From NCBI RefSeq assembly GCF_004010195.1, contig NC_057720.1:32635046-32699045 (forward strand): a DNA stretch of 64,000 nucleotides. Reading direction: 5' to 3'. A program made the translations under genes and the position numbers. The notes under the pieces are model-generated. The model searched no databases and was not told the origin of the DNA. It worked only from the letters and a program-made list of their open reading frames with translations. Positions 48,857 to 61,575 of this stretch are shown here, piece after piece; position 1 is the first letter of the stretch; each line of letters opens with the position of its first letter. The stretch comes from Chiloscyllium plagiosum (taxonomy: Eukaryota).

Positions 48857-49447
48857 TTGTGGAAAGTTATTAAATAGTTCCTATATTAAAATGTCATTAA
48901 AAAGGAAAATGCTGGTGAAGTAGTCTGAAAACATTCCCCACACTGCATCCTGGAAAGTGTAGAAATGAGTCCAATTCTATCCAAGAGAATTGCTGTAATT
49001 GTCCTGGATGCCATAGGGCTGCCTCAACTTTGTGGCTGCACCCAGGTGTGATTAGTGTGTTCCTGATTTGAGCATTATACATGGTGGAAATCCTTTGAGC
49101 AGTCAGGAATTAAGCACTGTGTGTTGATTACTCTATGTGTCCTACTTGTGAAATCAGTCCATTCTCTGCTTGATGTAGGATGTTAATGATGGGCAATGGC
49201 AAGGTAGCTGAGTCTTTTTCTTGGAGATTCTTGTTATGTGGCTCTTATGAAACATGTATGTTATCTGCCATTTCTCAATATGGAGTGCTATATAAATGAA
49301 AAGCCTTTCTTTTAGAAAGGTCTTAGCAGAAGGTCAAGCTTGATAGATAATGTCCACTGGCCACCAAGCTTGTTGATCCCATATTGGCAAAGGGAAATCC
49401 AGTTTGCATTCTGTAGCCCCAAGGTTCAATAATAGTTGACTCGCTAA

Positions 49448-49625
49448 AATAGTTCAATTGGCTGATTGGTTTGCGATTCAGAGCGACGCCAACAGTATGG
49501 ATTTAATTCCTACACCCTAGCTGAGGATACCATAAAGGACTCTCCTTCTCAACCTCACCCTTTGCCTGAGGCATGGTGACCCTCAGTTTAAACCACCAGC
49601 ATGAGAGAGCAGCCTGGCTAGGCAA
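49448..49625 (+). mobile_element. Short tRNA-derived SINE (same family as 1622-1808)
   Basis: Shared ctgagg...ggactctccttctcaacctc...gaccctcagtttaaaccaccag. Confidence 0.55.
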
Positions 49626-49761
49626 GTCAGAGCGATGAAAAGCTTGAGCCCTTGTGTTCTGCAGTTTCCTTCCCTGACAGAGTGCTTGTGGAAAGTGGCT
49701 TAACGTGGTCAAGGTAAATTATTAAAATATATTGATAGAATATCATGCAAATATTAGGGGT

Positions 49762-50105
49762 GCAGTAACATAGCAATCATTTGCTCGAATAATAATCCAG
49801 AGGTGGGGGTCAAAATCGTACCATAGCAGTTGGGAAACTGAAAATAAATAATTCATTAAATAACATTCGGAATGAAAAGGCAGACCCAATAAATGTGCTC
49901 ATGAAACAACCGGATAGTCCTAAAATCCATTTATTTTATTATGGAAGAAAATGCATTGGCCTTACCCACTCTGCCCCCCAGCAATGTGAGCTTGCAAGCC
50001 CTTCATTGGATACTACATGGTAACTCACCACCTTTTGAGGACATTAGGATTTGACAATAATTGCTGATTTTGCCAGTGATACCTCACTGTGAATGAATAA
50101 TTCAA
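49762..50105 (+). mobile_element. tRNA-derived SINE (degenerate; family of 44277-44625)
   Basis: taatccagagg...ggtcaaaatc head and caataattgctg...gccagtgatacctcac tail. Confidence 0.5.
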
Positions 50106-50344
50106 AAAGCTAATTAATGAACAATTTTTCAAATGTTCCTTTAAGCAATTAAACACAGCATCAGTAGTAATGACTCTCACAAGGGAGGGCTATCAGTCAC
50201 TGTGATAACTCTACTCTCATTATGTAGCAACAGTAAACTGTTGACCCCATCTTTTAATTCTTTCCCATTGCAATTTTCTTAAACAATTAACCAGGTCAGT
50301 AAAAATGAAATGTGACAAACTGTGATTTTTTTTAAGGTTTGTGA

Positions 50345-50660
50345 GCGGCACAGTGGCACAATGGTTAGCACTGCTCCCTCACAGCGCCAGAGACCCAGGT
50401 TCAATTCCTACCTCAGGCGGCTGACTGTGTGGAGTTTGCACATTCTCCCTGTGTCTGTGTGGGTTTCCTCCAGGTGCTCTGGCTTCCTCCCACAGTCCAA
50501 AAATGTGCAGGTTAGGTGAATTGGCCATGCTAAATTGCCCCTAGTGTTAGGTGAAGGGTAAATGTAGGGGAATGGGGTCTGGGTGGGTTGCGCTTCAGCG
50601 GGCTGGTGTGGACTTGTTGGGCCGAAGGGCCTGTTTCTACACTGTATGTAATCTAATCTA
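50345..50660 (+). mobile_element. HE1-type V-SINE, near full length
   Basis: gcggcacagtggcacaatggttagcac...gggcctgtttctacactgtatgtaatctaatct. Confidence 0.93.
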
Positions 50661-52260
50661 AGCTGAAAATTATCATCGATTTTAGTTAAAACACATCTAC
50701 CTGGAGAATAACAATATTGTATATAACTCTCACTGAAAGTGAATGTCATGGTGTGGGACTACCTCTCACCATTATGTTAATAACATCTTGTTGCTCTTTC
50801 TTTTTGAGAGGACTGCAAAACAAGAAATGGCCACCTTTACGATCTGTAATTATCATCTGAGCATATGGAACGGCCTTCAGGGTAGGATAGTAATGCAGTT
50901 GGATAAAAAGTGCCTCAAAGAATTTTGGTCGTGTATGAAGGAAGCAAGATGGATCAGAAAAAAATGACTTTGTCTCAACAGATTTCATTACTCAGCGTCT
51001 GAAGGGTAATCATCATTCCAACCTGCTTGGTGACAAACAGTAGTATCGGTGAGAGAACAGGGAGAACAAAAATAGAAAGAAAAAAGTCAATTAAATATTG
51101 TGAAGAAAATATTGATTAACAAGATAAGCTTGCCTTCTAAGCAAAAATTTTGTTCTACTCACTTTAGATGTTGAATCAATACAAAAGGTGTCAAATGCTG
51201 ATGCTTTGTTTTAATAATGCATCTTAATTCCAAACTTCAGAAGAACACTTCCAACTGAACTGGGGTCAATTTACATTTCCCACAGTGGTTATTCTTGCTT
51301 CTGTCTCTTGTTACTTTTTCACCTGTGTAAACAAAGTATCAGCTTTTATGGCCCCTATCAAGGAGACCCAACAGAGATTAATAGCTTTTGAAGGGGCAGG
51401 TTTAATAGAGTAATTACATTGAGTATTCAAATGATGTCTTTTAATTGCAACAGTGAAAATTAAGCACTATGTGAGGGCTGTCTAACTCAGCAGATGAAAC
51501 CATGTTTATTTTAACTCACTGCCCATCAACTGAATGACAATATGTGCTATTCAGTCACTCACTGAAGTTGGACTCGTATCAGGGAAGCAGGAGAGCTGCT
51601 ACTGTTGATGTCAGTCTGTGAAAGAAAGCAAGCCAATGATGGCAGCAAGGGAGCAGCTACTGAAAATATTCAAAGATAATTTAGCATGGGAGTCAGTCCT
51701 GTAAATCCCACAGGAGGGAACCATTTGGAAATTGTGAAAGCACCACTGCTAAAACTGGAGAAATTCTCCCCCCCCCTGCAGCCATCCCAGGGAAGGGATG
51801 TTGAACCATGGGATTGAGCTGTGATCAGTGGGCATTTCAATGCATCGAATTGCAAGTCCATCGTGGATCTAGTAAAGGCCATATACTCCTGCCCCCATAC
51901 GACAGTAACTTGGACTAATGTTGGGGTGGGATTGGGGGAAGGGTGTAGCACTCAGGTTGGGAGAGGGATGAATACATCTCTGGGATGGATGCATGTTTAC
52001 TCCGTGTTTCATTGTATCTGTTACTTTGCAGAATGTTTTGTACACTAGCCAAAGATTCAATGTTTCTCTACTTCCTCTATACTTACTGAGTAAAACAAGG
52101 TATGTCTCCTCTCCACCCACCCACCACCTTGCTTCTACTTAGTTGGTCAGAATCATTCATTCCACATATTTTGGCACTGCTGCATCTTTTATTACTTTCA
52201 CAAGTTTGGTATAATAGATTTCGCAGTGTGAACCTCCCAGCACTCCTGTATTTTTTGAGG

Positions 52261-52800
52261 AATTCTGGTTTCCCTGTTATAGGAAAGATGTGATGAAACT
52301 TGAAAGGGTTCAGAAAAGATTTACAGAGATGTTGCCAACATTGGAGAGTTTGAGCTATAGGGAGAGGCTGAATAGGGTGGGACTATTTTCCCTGGAGTGT
52401 TAGAGGTGGAGGGGGTGACCTTATAGAAGTTTATAAAATTATAAGGAGCACGCATAGGATAAACAGTCAAGGTCTTTTCCTCAGAGTAGGAGAATCCAAA
52501 AATCGAGGGCATGGGTTTAAGTTGAGAGGGGAAAGATTTGAAAGGGACCTAAGGGATAACGTTTTCACCCATTGGGTTGTGCGTATATGGAATGAGCAAC
52601 CAGAAGTGGTGATGGAAGCTGGTAAAACTGCAACATGTAAAAGGCATCTGGATAGGTATATGAATAGAAAGGGTTGAGAGCAATATCGACCAAATGCTGG
52701 CAAATGGGACTAGATTAATGGAGAATATTTGGTCGGCATAGTCAAGTTGGACCAAAGAGTCTGTTTCCGTGCTGTACATCTCTATGACTCTCAGACTCTA
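52261..52800 (+). mobile_element. CR1/HER1 LINE 3' fragment
   Basis: gaaagggttcagaaaagatttac...gctgtacatctctatgactct. Confidence 0.9.
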
Positions 52801-53185
52801 AGACAAAGAAGAGGATACCAAGTAGGTCAGACTGCAGCAAAGACACATTTATCAACTTGCTGGTACTAGTAAATGGCTATTGCATATTTAACCAGTTTCT
52901 TCAAGAGACTATTAACTTTGCAGGTATCATAAATCTTGTCCATTTTCTTAACCAGGAACATGTGTTTTCAATAAATGTCACTAGGTGGTGCTATACATTT
53001 TAAGATAATATTTTTATTTTGCGCCCTATTTCAACTGGAGTGCACCTTATGCAATGGTTATAAAAGAGCCTCCTGGCTGTGCACCATGATCAAAACCTTC
53101 CTGGCCAATTCCATTGCCATTAACATAAGATTTACCAAGAGCACAGAGGTGGCATGGGTGTTTTTCAAATTTAACATTCACATGA

Positions 53186-53754
53186 CTAGAGTCATAGAGT
53201 CATAGAGATGTGCAGCACGGAAACAGAACTTTCAGTCCAACTCATCCATGCCAACCAGATATCCTAACCTGATCTGGTCCTGTTTGCCAGCACTTGGCCC
53301 AAATCCCTCAAAACCCTTTCTATTCACATACCCATCCAGATTCCTTTTAAATGCTGTAATTGTACCAGCCACCACCACTTCCTCTGGCAGTTCATTCCAT
53401 ACATGCATCACCCTCTGTGAGAAAAGGTTGTCCCTTAGGTCCCTTTACATCTTTCCCCTTTCTCCCTAAACCTATGCCCTCTAGTTCTGGACTCCCCCAC
53501 CGCACGGAAAGGACCTTGTCTATTTATCCTACCCATGCCCCTCATGATTTTACAAATCTCTATAATGTCACCCCTCAGCCTCCAATTCTCCAGGGAAAAC
53601 AGCTCCAGCCTTTTCAGCCTCTCCTTATAGCAAAATCCTAGGAAAGGTTGGAGGGATATGGGCCACAAGTGGGCAATTTAGTTTAGGATTATATTTGGCA
53701 TGGACTGGTTGGACCGAAGGATCTGTTTCTGTGCTGTATGACTCTATGACTCTA
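53186..53754. mobile_element. Two CR1 3' ends head-to-head (minus 53186-53637; plus 53638-53754)
   Basis: tagagtcatagagtcatagag tail at left and ctctatgactctat tail at right. Confidence 0.85.
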
Positions 53755-55148
53755 TAAAATAACACACATTACATTTCACTTTTTGTCATCAAAATTTGTT
53801 GAGATTAGCTTAGTCAGCAACTTAAATGTCTGGGCTCCCTCATGGTTGGTGCACATAGAGGGGAGTTGGAGACATTTATTTTTCACAGAATGAATGATGG
53901 CCCAGATGTTTTGATGGACAAACTGTCAGAGCAGCACAGACTGGAGTTGCATGTCAGGACCAAGTGGGATGGCAAATGCCACAGACTCTGTGGGAATTGC
54001 CCAAGAAATTGAAACATCTGACGGGCAACTCCCCTGCACCTGGATCTCTCTGAGAAAGCTCCTTAAAGTTGGAGGATTTGGTGGGTTCTGACTCAGTGAA
54101 GCTTAATAATTACCTAAGGAAAATTAAAATGTTAAGAACCTTCTCTAACTCCTAGCTAACTTCACGATCCCAAAAACTAACAACTTACCCCTGCTAACCA
54201 GAGTCATCCCCACTCACTCTTGACCACCAGACACACCATTCTCCACCTACCTGATCCACTGCCTCCTTCCACTGATCTCATAGCCCCTATCAACCTACTA
54301 CTCCTCATTCCTCATTGGCTCAAGCCTGCTGGATCTGACAAGCCCCTCACACCTCACGCCTCGACCCTCAGTCCACCTGATCCGACACTCCCCACCAACC
54401 TCATCATTGGTGGACAATCCTCCAACTACCAACCTACCCTAAGTTCCCATTCACTTACCTGACCACCCAGCACCCTACCCACCTCACACACGTGTCACCC
54501 TATCTAATTCACCCACTTAGAACCCTATCTATCTCACCCACCTGATCCCTATCTACCTCACCCACCTGAATCCTACCCACTTCACCTACTTGGAAGCCTA
54601 CCCATCTGGCACCCTACTGACCACATCCACCAAAACACGCTATCACCTCTTACCCACCTAGTACTCTAAACCTTCAACCAACTGTTACCCTAACCCTCTT
54701 AGTATCTTATCTACTAACCATTTCACAGGAGCTTTTGAAAAAACTGGTTAAATATACAATAGCTATTTACTAGTACAGCTGGCTGCAGTACTGTACATTT
54801 AACTCACAGAATTTAGCACACTGATTGTTACTAAAGGGTTTATGGTTTCTATGAAGATCTAGGCTGCTGGATTCCTGGAAATGTTAGCAACAGGAGGCTC
54901 ATGTCCAGGAATCTCCATAATAGAAGATATCCAAAGCTAAGAGGGTAATTTTTTTATCCACTCAGAGTTGGAAATAGGATTTTTGGAAGTACTTTTTTTT
55001 GTTTGCTCTTTAATGGACATTCATGTGAATGTCCCATGTTGTACTCACCATGCTATGACTGAACTTGCAGGCTCAACGGACTCTCCATTCTATGTTGTGG
55101 AAAGGACATGGTCTGGAAACAATCCCAGTAGGTATAATTGAAATGTTG

Positions 55149-55347
55149 AGAGTGTGTTGCTGGAAAAGCACAGCAGGTCAGGCAGCATCTGAGGAGCAGG
55201 AAAATCGATGTTTCAGGGCAGAGACCTTCATCATCTCTGGCTCGAAACGTCGAGTCTCCTGCTCCTCGGATGCTGCCTGACCTGCTATGCTTTTCCAGCA
55301 ACACACTTTCGACTCTGATCTGCAGCATCTGCAGTCCTCACTTTCTC
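55149..55347. mobile_element. Palindromic Penelope-derived mini-element, family A
   Basis: Inverted arms; TSD attgaaatgttg (55137-55148 / 55351-55362). Confidence 0.88.
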
Positions 55348-56126
55348 ATCATTGAAATGTTGTAAACTTGTAAGGGTTCTGCCAGCCAGCGACTTGAGAT
55401 AGACCCACATTAGACAGCACTAACACATCCCTTTAAGCCTCTCACTTTCTCACCTTGACTGACTGTTCCCACCACATGCAGAATATTAGGCCCTCTTCCA
55501 TTCCTTCATGCCTCTGATCCCACTCTACACCATGCCTAATTACTATCCTTGCTGGTCTTGAGCCACCATGCAAGCTGCCACTATCCCACTTTCCTGCCTA
55601 TGCTACAGAGTTTAATAAGGAAAACCATTGAGCTTAGACGCAACCAGACAAAGCCGCAACTGTTGCACTAACATGAACCAGGTGCCACAAGATTCTACTG
55701 TGTCACTGACTTTATCTTGAAGGTATGATGGATATAATTAAAAAACATTTTACTTTAATGAGTGCTCATGACATACAAATGTATTACAAGTGGGAACCCA
55801 TTACAGGAAGGCCTGAGGCCAGAGTCACACTGATGTAATCTCTGTATCTTAACGTACTGTCGGGAAATTAAAATTCCAGCTCCTGCCTACATCAGTCACC
55901 CCACATGCTACAATTCCTGCTCTTACAGGCCCCGATCCCCAGTCATCAACACACCCCACCTCTCTTTCAAGAAATAAATCCTTAAATCGACGTTCAAGTA
56001 AACTCTAAACTAAACTATTTTCGTTATTATGCTACTATAAATCCAGATTCTCAGGTGAATTTCCGATTCTGCTTGACTGCAACTTGTTGAGTTAGAACCC
56101 TTGAAAAATAGTTTTGTGGTAATTAA

Positions 56127-56255
56127 TAAAAGCAACATTCTGTGGATTCTGGCAATCTGGATTAGAAACTGAAAATGCAGAGAAACTCAGCAGATCTGAC
56201 AGCATCTGTGGAAAGAGAAACAGAGTTAACATTTTGAATCCAATATGATTCCTAG
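56127..56255 (-). mobile_element. Family B arm
   Basis: gagaaactcagcagatctgacagcatctgtggaaagagaaacagagttaacattttgaatcc. Confidence 0.7.
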
Positions 56256-56407
56256 CCAGAACCATTACAATTAAGGGATTTTGCTTTGAATAAAATATGA
56301 ACATTCCAACTCTCAAGGTCAGCTTGCGATGTCATAAGAGTTAATTGGCTCTTTAAGACTTTTAAATTGTTTTCTGTTGGATGGCTTCTGAGCACATCTG
56401 CAGTCAG

Positions 56408-56805
56408 TCAGCTGTGGCTTCATTGGCAGCAGCTTTGCCTCTGAGTCAATAGGCTGTGAGTACAAGGGCTCCCTCTAGGACATGAGTGCATAATCAACAC
56501 TGATGGTCTGCTGTTCATGTTGTCTTTCAAATAGAAATTAAACAGAGGACGTACTGTCTGCTGGATGTAAGAGAACCCACAGCACTGCTTCAAAGAAGAC
56601 CATGGAAATTATCCCTGATGCTCCAGTCATTATTTACATCTCAATCAACATCTCGAAAAACAGTCTGGCTGGTCATTATCACTGTTTGTGCAAGTTTGCT
56701 GTAGGCAGATTGGCCACTATGTTACTGGAAACTACATGTTAAATTGGCTGTAAAGGACTTCTGGGCATCGTTTGGTCATGAAAGTCATCATTACAAGTTA
56801 TTTTT
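56408..56805 (+). mobile_element. DeuSINE (SacSINE1-like), degenerate
   Basis: ttaaacagagg...ggatgtaagagaacccacagcactgcttcaaagaaga...ggtcattatcactgtttgtg...attggctgtaaag. Confidence 0.65.
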
Positions 56806-57832
56806 TTGGCTTGTACTTGAACAAGACATCTCAACTTCTAGATGTTTCTGATGTAACATATCTTAGCAACATAAGTGTCAGACACAAACTTTGGAACTTT
56901 TGAAAATAGGTCACTGCAATAAACAATACATCTTGACAGCTACAATATTTTTAACATGATAGATAAATTGCATATTTCCTGTCTAGAAATCTTTCCAAAT
57001 ACAGAGATTCAAACTTTTGTAATGACTGCTCTTTCTCAATCATCTCACCAGTATTGCTTGCTTTGCTGGGAGAGATACCATACACAGTTACTTGATCTGT
57101 CCCAGGTGCTGTTGTTTTAGGAGGCACTTATGATTCAATATATTGACCATATGCAACTTTGTATGCTTTTTGCAATTTAAGATCAAAATATTTTTAGAAA
57201 TATTTTATTCAGCTGTCCAATATCAGCTACAAATAAATTTCTTAACAGGTTTATGATACCTGACAATTTAGGCACGTACATGTCTGAAAATCTCATAGTG
57301 CCAAGATACTGTTGAAGGGCTTTTTATTTGTCTGTGCATTTGATCACTTCCATCCTTTTTCCATCAGCCATGAGCATGCTTTGCCTTATGCAACTGACTT
57401 CTCATAATTCAAATTCCACTTATTCATATTTAATTTAATTGTCGGATCCTTTCCAACCTTTGGTCATGTTTCTGTTCAGTCAATTAACAATTCAGAATAT
57501 TATTTATAAACTAAATTACACTCACTCAATATTATGTAATATTTGTGAACTTATTCATTGGAAAATTTCTGAAGTTATGGTGATCCCAAAGGGTATTCTG
57601 GTAGACACATATCTGCCAAAAAAACCTGTTAAATATGTACAAGTTGGATCAGTTTCATGCAATGATACTTTTCAGTACATTGGTACTTAATCTTCTCAAG
57701 ACCTATTAGAAATAGGCAATAAATGTTAGCCTTGTGAACAACACCCACATCCAGAGGAGCAATTAACAAACCACAGTTTACATCAAGGCATTGGCATTTC
57801 ATATCTACAGGCAGAATCTTCACAGGCCAGAC

Positions 57833-58935
57833 AAAAGAACATAAGAACTAGGAGCAGGAGTAGGCAATGCAGCCACTTGAACCTTCTCCGCCACTTAATA
57901 CAAACATTGCTGATCTCAACTCAGCCTCAATTTCACTTTCCTGCCTGCTCCCATTGCTTACGCGAAAGTGAGTAGTGCAGATGCTGGACATTAGAGTTGA
58001 GAGTGTGATGCCGGAAAAGCACAGCAGGTCAGGCAGCATCCGAGGAGCAGGGGAATCGACGTTTCAGGAAGCCCTTCCAGATGAAGGGCTTTTGCCCGAA
58101 ATGTCGATTTTCCTGCTCCTCGCAAGTTGCCTGATCTGTTGTACTTTTCCAGCACCACACTCTCAACTCTGCTCTCATTACTTGTTGACCCATGACTAAT
58201 TAAAAATCGGCCTATCTCTTTCTTAAGTTTATCCAGTTTCCTGGCATCCACCACACACTGGGGTAGTGAATTCCACAGATTCATGAACATTTAAGAGAAG
58301 TAATTTTTTTTCTCATCTCTGTCTTAAATATGTCATCCCTTAACCTAAAACTATGACATTTGATTCTAGATTGTCCCACAAGGGTACCATCCTCTCTGCA
58401 TCTACTTTGAGAATGTGAGCACTGCAGATTGTGGAGATCAGAGTTGCTCAGATGCTGCCTGACCAGCTGTGCTTTTCCAGCACCACACTCTTCGACTCTG
58501 CATCTTCTTTGTCAATCCCCCTTTAGCATCTTGGAAACCTCAATTAGAATTCCTCCCATCTTTCTAAACTCTGGTGAGTTTAGGCCTAAACTGCTCAACC
58601 TCTCTTTATAAAGACAAGCCTTTCAACTCTGAAACTAATCTTGTGAATCTTCTCTGAACTGCTTCGAATGCAGTTACATCCTTCCACGAGTAAGGGGACC
58701 AAACTGTACACAGCGATGCAGATTCAAGCTCTCCAATGCTTCATGCAATTGTAACAATGCTTCACTGCTTTTCTATTCTGTCTCTTTCATAATAAGTAAT
58801 GTGCCCTCCTTATTACCTGTCCCAACATAGTGGCTTTCTGTGACTCATGCACAAGGATACTCAGATGTTTCTGCTCTGAAGCATTTTGAAGTTTCTTTCC
58901 ATTTAGATAATAACTTGCATTTTTATTCTGTGGTG
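57833..58935 (-). mobile_element. CR1 LINE 3' fragment carrying two family A insertions (57962-58169 and 58410-58495)
   Basis: (aagaacat)-type tail; minus ORF NLWNSLPQCVVDA. Inserts flanked by imperfect TSDs tgctc(c/t)catt(g/a)ctt and ctctgcatct(a/t)ctttg. Confidence 0.82.
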
Positions 58936-59399
58936 AGAAATTAGGGAGATGCATAAGAAATTGAGCAAGGCCTTTCTCGACATTGGAAGCAATAAGTGAC
59001 ATTTTCCAACTATGTTCTGGACATCAAGATGAGATTCCCACAAGTGAGAACTAGAGGACAACTATTGGGGTTCAATGCTCCTTATCACACTGGTTATTAT
59101 TTAATCATGCCCCAGTAAAATGCATTTGCCTATTTTACCACCTGCCAGATAAAAACTAGATGCTGAGAATTCCCAACATGAAAGTCAGAAAAGATAATCG
59201 GGACTCCAGCTCCTCCAGAGATATATCTTAGAAACCCGGCACCAATGTCTCAGGGCATAGTCCAGTCAGAATGTTACTTATAAATTAACTTACACTCCCT
59301 CAATGTTGCCGTCAGCATGCTATGTCTGCAGACATTGGCATCTGACACTATTGTATCACATCTCCTATCCATTTACAGTATGTTTCTGCCATTTAATAC

Positions 59400-60170
59400 T
59401 TGTCAGAGTTGTCAGCAGTGATCAGTCAAGGGGCAGGCGTGGTGCTGTATGGCTAGGGAGAGATTGAGAGGAATGGAAGTGCAAGTCGAGGTGGAGGAAG
59501 TGGTGATTTGTCCCATATGAGTGAGTGACCAGGCAGCACAGAGGCCATGCTATGTTATTCATGTCGGGGAATTTGGTGAGTGGGAATGAGAGAGGGAAGA
59601 TATTGCATACACTAGTGAAAGTGGTAGAGCACGAGCCTTGGTGTGAGATGTGACCAGTAGCAGAGATAGAGTTAGTGTGAGGTAACAGAGAGAAGAGATG
59701 GCACATAACCTGACAAAGTGAAAATGGTCATTGACATTTTTCTGACAGCACTGGGCATTCTTCCAGATGGCTGAGACTGCACTGACCTGAGTGGCAACCA
59801 GGCTGGCATTCTGGTTCCTCTGGACGTCCTGTGGGAAGAGAACATTCTGTCTGCAAAGTGGATCGCCAAGAATTTCTTTACCTAACAAGTTCAGTGATAA
59901 TTTCATGAACCATGCAGGGTAATTTCAGGCTGGCAGTGTTTGACTGGGTCCACAACAGCCTTTTAAAGATAGTACAAGTGTCAGGATATTCCAGCCCTGC
60001 GTATTTCCAGCTACAGTGAGTGGGAGAGTCTAGCATTGGACAAGATGAGTGTGGGAGGCAGTTGACATGGCTATTTTGAGATTAAAGAATGGGAAAACTG
60101 GTAAGACCTCGCAAAGAGAAACCCTCCATGAAGCTCAATGGAAATGGCACTCTCCCAAAACATGGCATTA
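59400..60170 (-). mobile_element. PIF/Harbinger relic: decayed Myb/SANT-like ORF
   Basis: ORF 59559-59906 RQNVLFPQD...VATQVSAVSAIWKNAQCCQKNVND resembles Harbinger Myb/SANT-like (NAIF1-like) trihelix proteins. Confidence 0.55.
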
Positions 60171-60198
60171 GGCTACTTCCATTATGTCCTTAATTTGA

Positions 60199-60343
60199 GA
60201 TAGACAATAGACAATAGGTGCAGGAGTAGGCCATTCTGCCCCTTGAGCCAGCACCACCATTCATTATGATCATGGCTGATCATCCTCAATCAGTATCCTG
60301 TTCCTGCCTTATCCCCATAACCCTTGATTCCACTATCTTTAAG
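60199..60343 (-). mobile_element. CR1 LINE 3' tail
   Basis: atagacaatagacaataggtgcaggagtaggccattc. Confidence 0.75.
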
Positions 60344-60651
60344 ATGTTCTTTCTGTGAACTTATATTTAAATATTTTAAGTCGGGCATACTTTTTCTCTT
60401 TCGTGACTTGATATCATCACCCCACTTGAATTTCTAGCCAAGATTTTCTGAACTAGTGAATCTCCTGGGGTCAGAAGCATTTATTTAGCATCAGCCCTAC
60501 AAATTTCTGGGCTTGTCACTTGGCCTGCCTAATATGGGGTGGGGTGAGTCGCACATAAAAGTAACTTCTATTTGTAATTTTCTAATTTTCCATCTCACTT
60601 CTGCAATTGATCGCTCTGTGTTTAGCTCCTCATCACAGCATTCCTGTGGAA

Positions 60652-60674
60652 TACACACACACACACACACACAC
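60652..60674. repeat. (CA)n microsatellite
   Basis: Direct dinucleotide run. Confidence 0.95.
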
Positions 60675-60679
60675 CTCCC

Positions 60680-61575
60680 CTCAACAGATGGAGCATACCA
60701 TATGATCCTGGTGTGCTGTGCTCTTCACAATTGGAGCAGGCAATGAGACGATGTGCTGGATGCTAAGGGACTGAGAAAGTGGGAGCAGTCCTGCAAGGAG
60801 GACAATGGGGACACTGGAGAGGAGGAAGCTCTCTTTATCCTGAACAGACTTCTCTTTATCCTGAACAGAGCTCTGCTGCATTGGTTGCTACAATCCAGAC
60901 AGGACCTGACTGATACCAGGTTCCAATAGATAAGAGGTGGGTGCAACAGACTATCATGGGATGTAAAATAGTCTTTGGTCATCATACTGCCATTTGCTTT
61001 GCCTTGTGAGAGTGAACTGAAGCTTCTGGTTTTGTTTGCATTCACTTTTAATGGTTTTAAGGGAAAGCTCAACTTTTGAACTATCTGATTGCATGTCAGC
61101 GTGTGATGTTCACCTGCTGGACAATGACAAGACGCAGGGCATTGGGGTCAGCGCAGTGGTAACTCAGAGACGGTGTTGACACGATGTAGCTAAGGACGGT
61201 AAACTCCATCTGGTGTAAGCGAATGGGGTTGCATGTGTGCAGGAGTGTCAGCTGTGTTGGCTATGTGCTGTGATCAATATGGTTTGTGGCTGCTGTGCCA
61301 TTACGCTGCAGATGAAGGGCAATACCATATTGTCTGAGTGCACTGAGGCCTTTTAAAAATGGTGCCGGCACCAGAAGTGTCTGTCTTTAGGCAGATATTT
61401 GCTGAGTGACAAGTTCTGGAAATGATGTTTGATAGAATGGGGCTAAAACCGAGAGGGATGGAACCCCCAGGGCTGGGGTAGGTTGTTAATGAAATGAGTT
61501 TGCTAAGATGTGTTGAGAGATCTTGCTAGGTGTCACAGAGAGAAATCTCTGTGAAACTCAAAGATACTTAGAAAA
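60680..61575 (+). mobile_element. PIF/Harbinger relic: transposase C-terminal fragment
   Basis: MILVCCALHNW matches the HARBI1/Harbinger C-terminal xxxCCxLHN motif. 61345-61560 resembles 59955-60170 (gccttttaaa.at.gt). Confidence 0.5.

Noticed and set aside
54160..54720. C-rich strand-biased tract with Pro-rich ORF 54220-54462
   Set aside because: Low-complexity degenerate repeat with no splice or domain support.
60829..60868. 21-bp tandem duplication ctctttatcctgaacaga
   Set aside because: Ordinary slippage duplication inside a decayed transposon.
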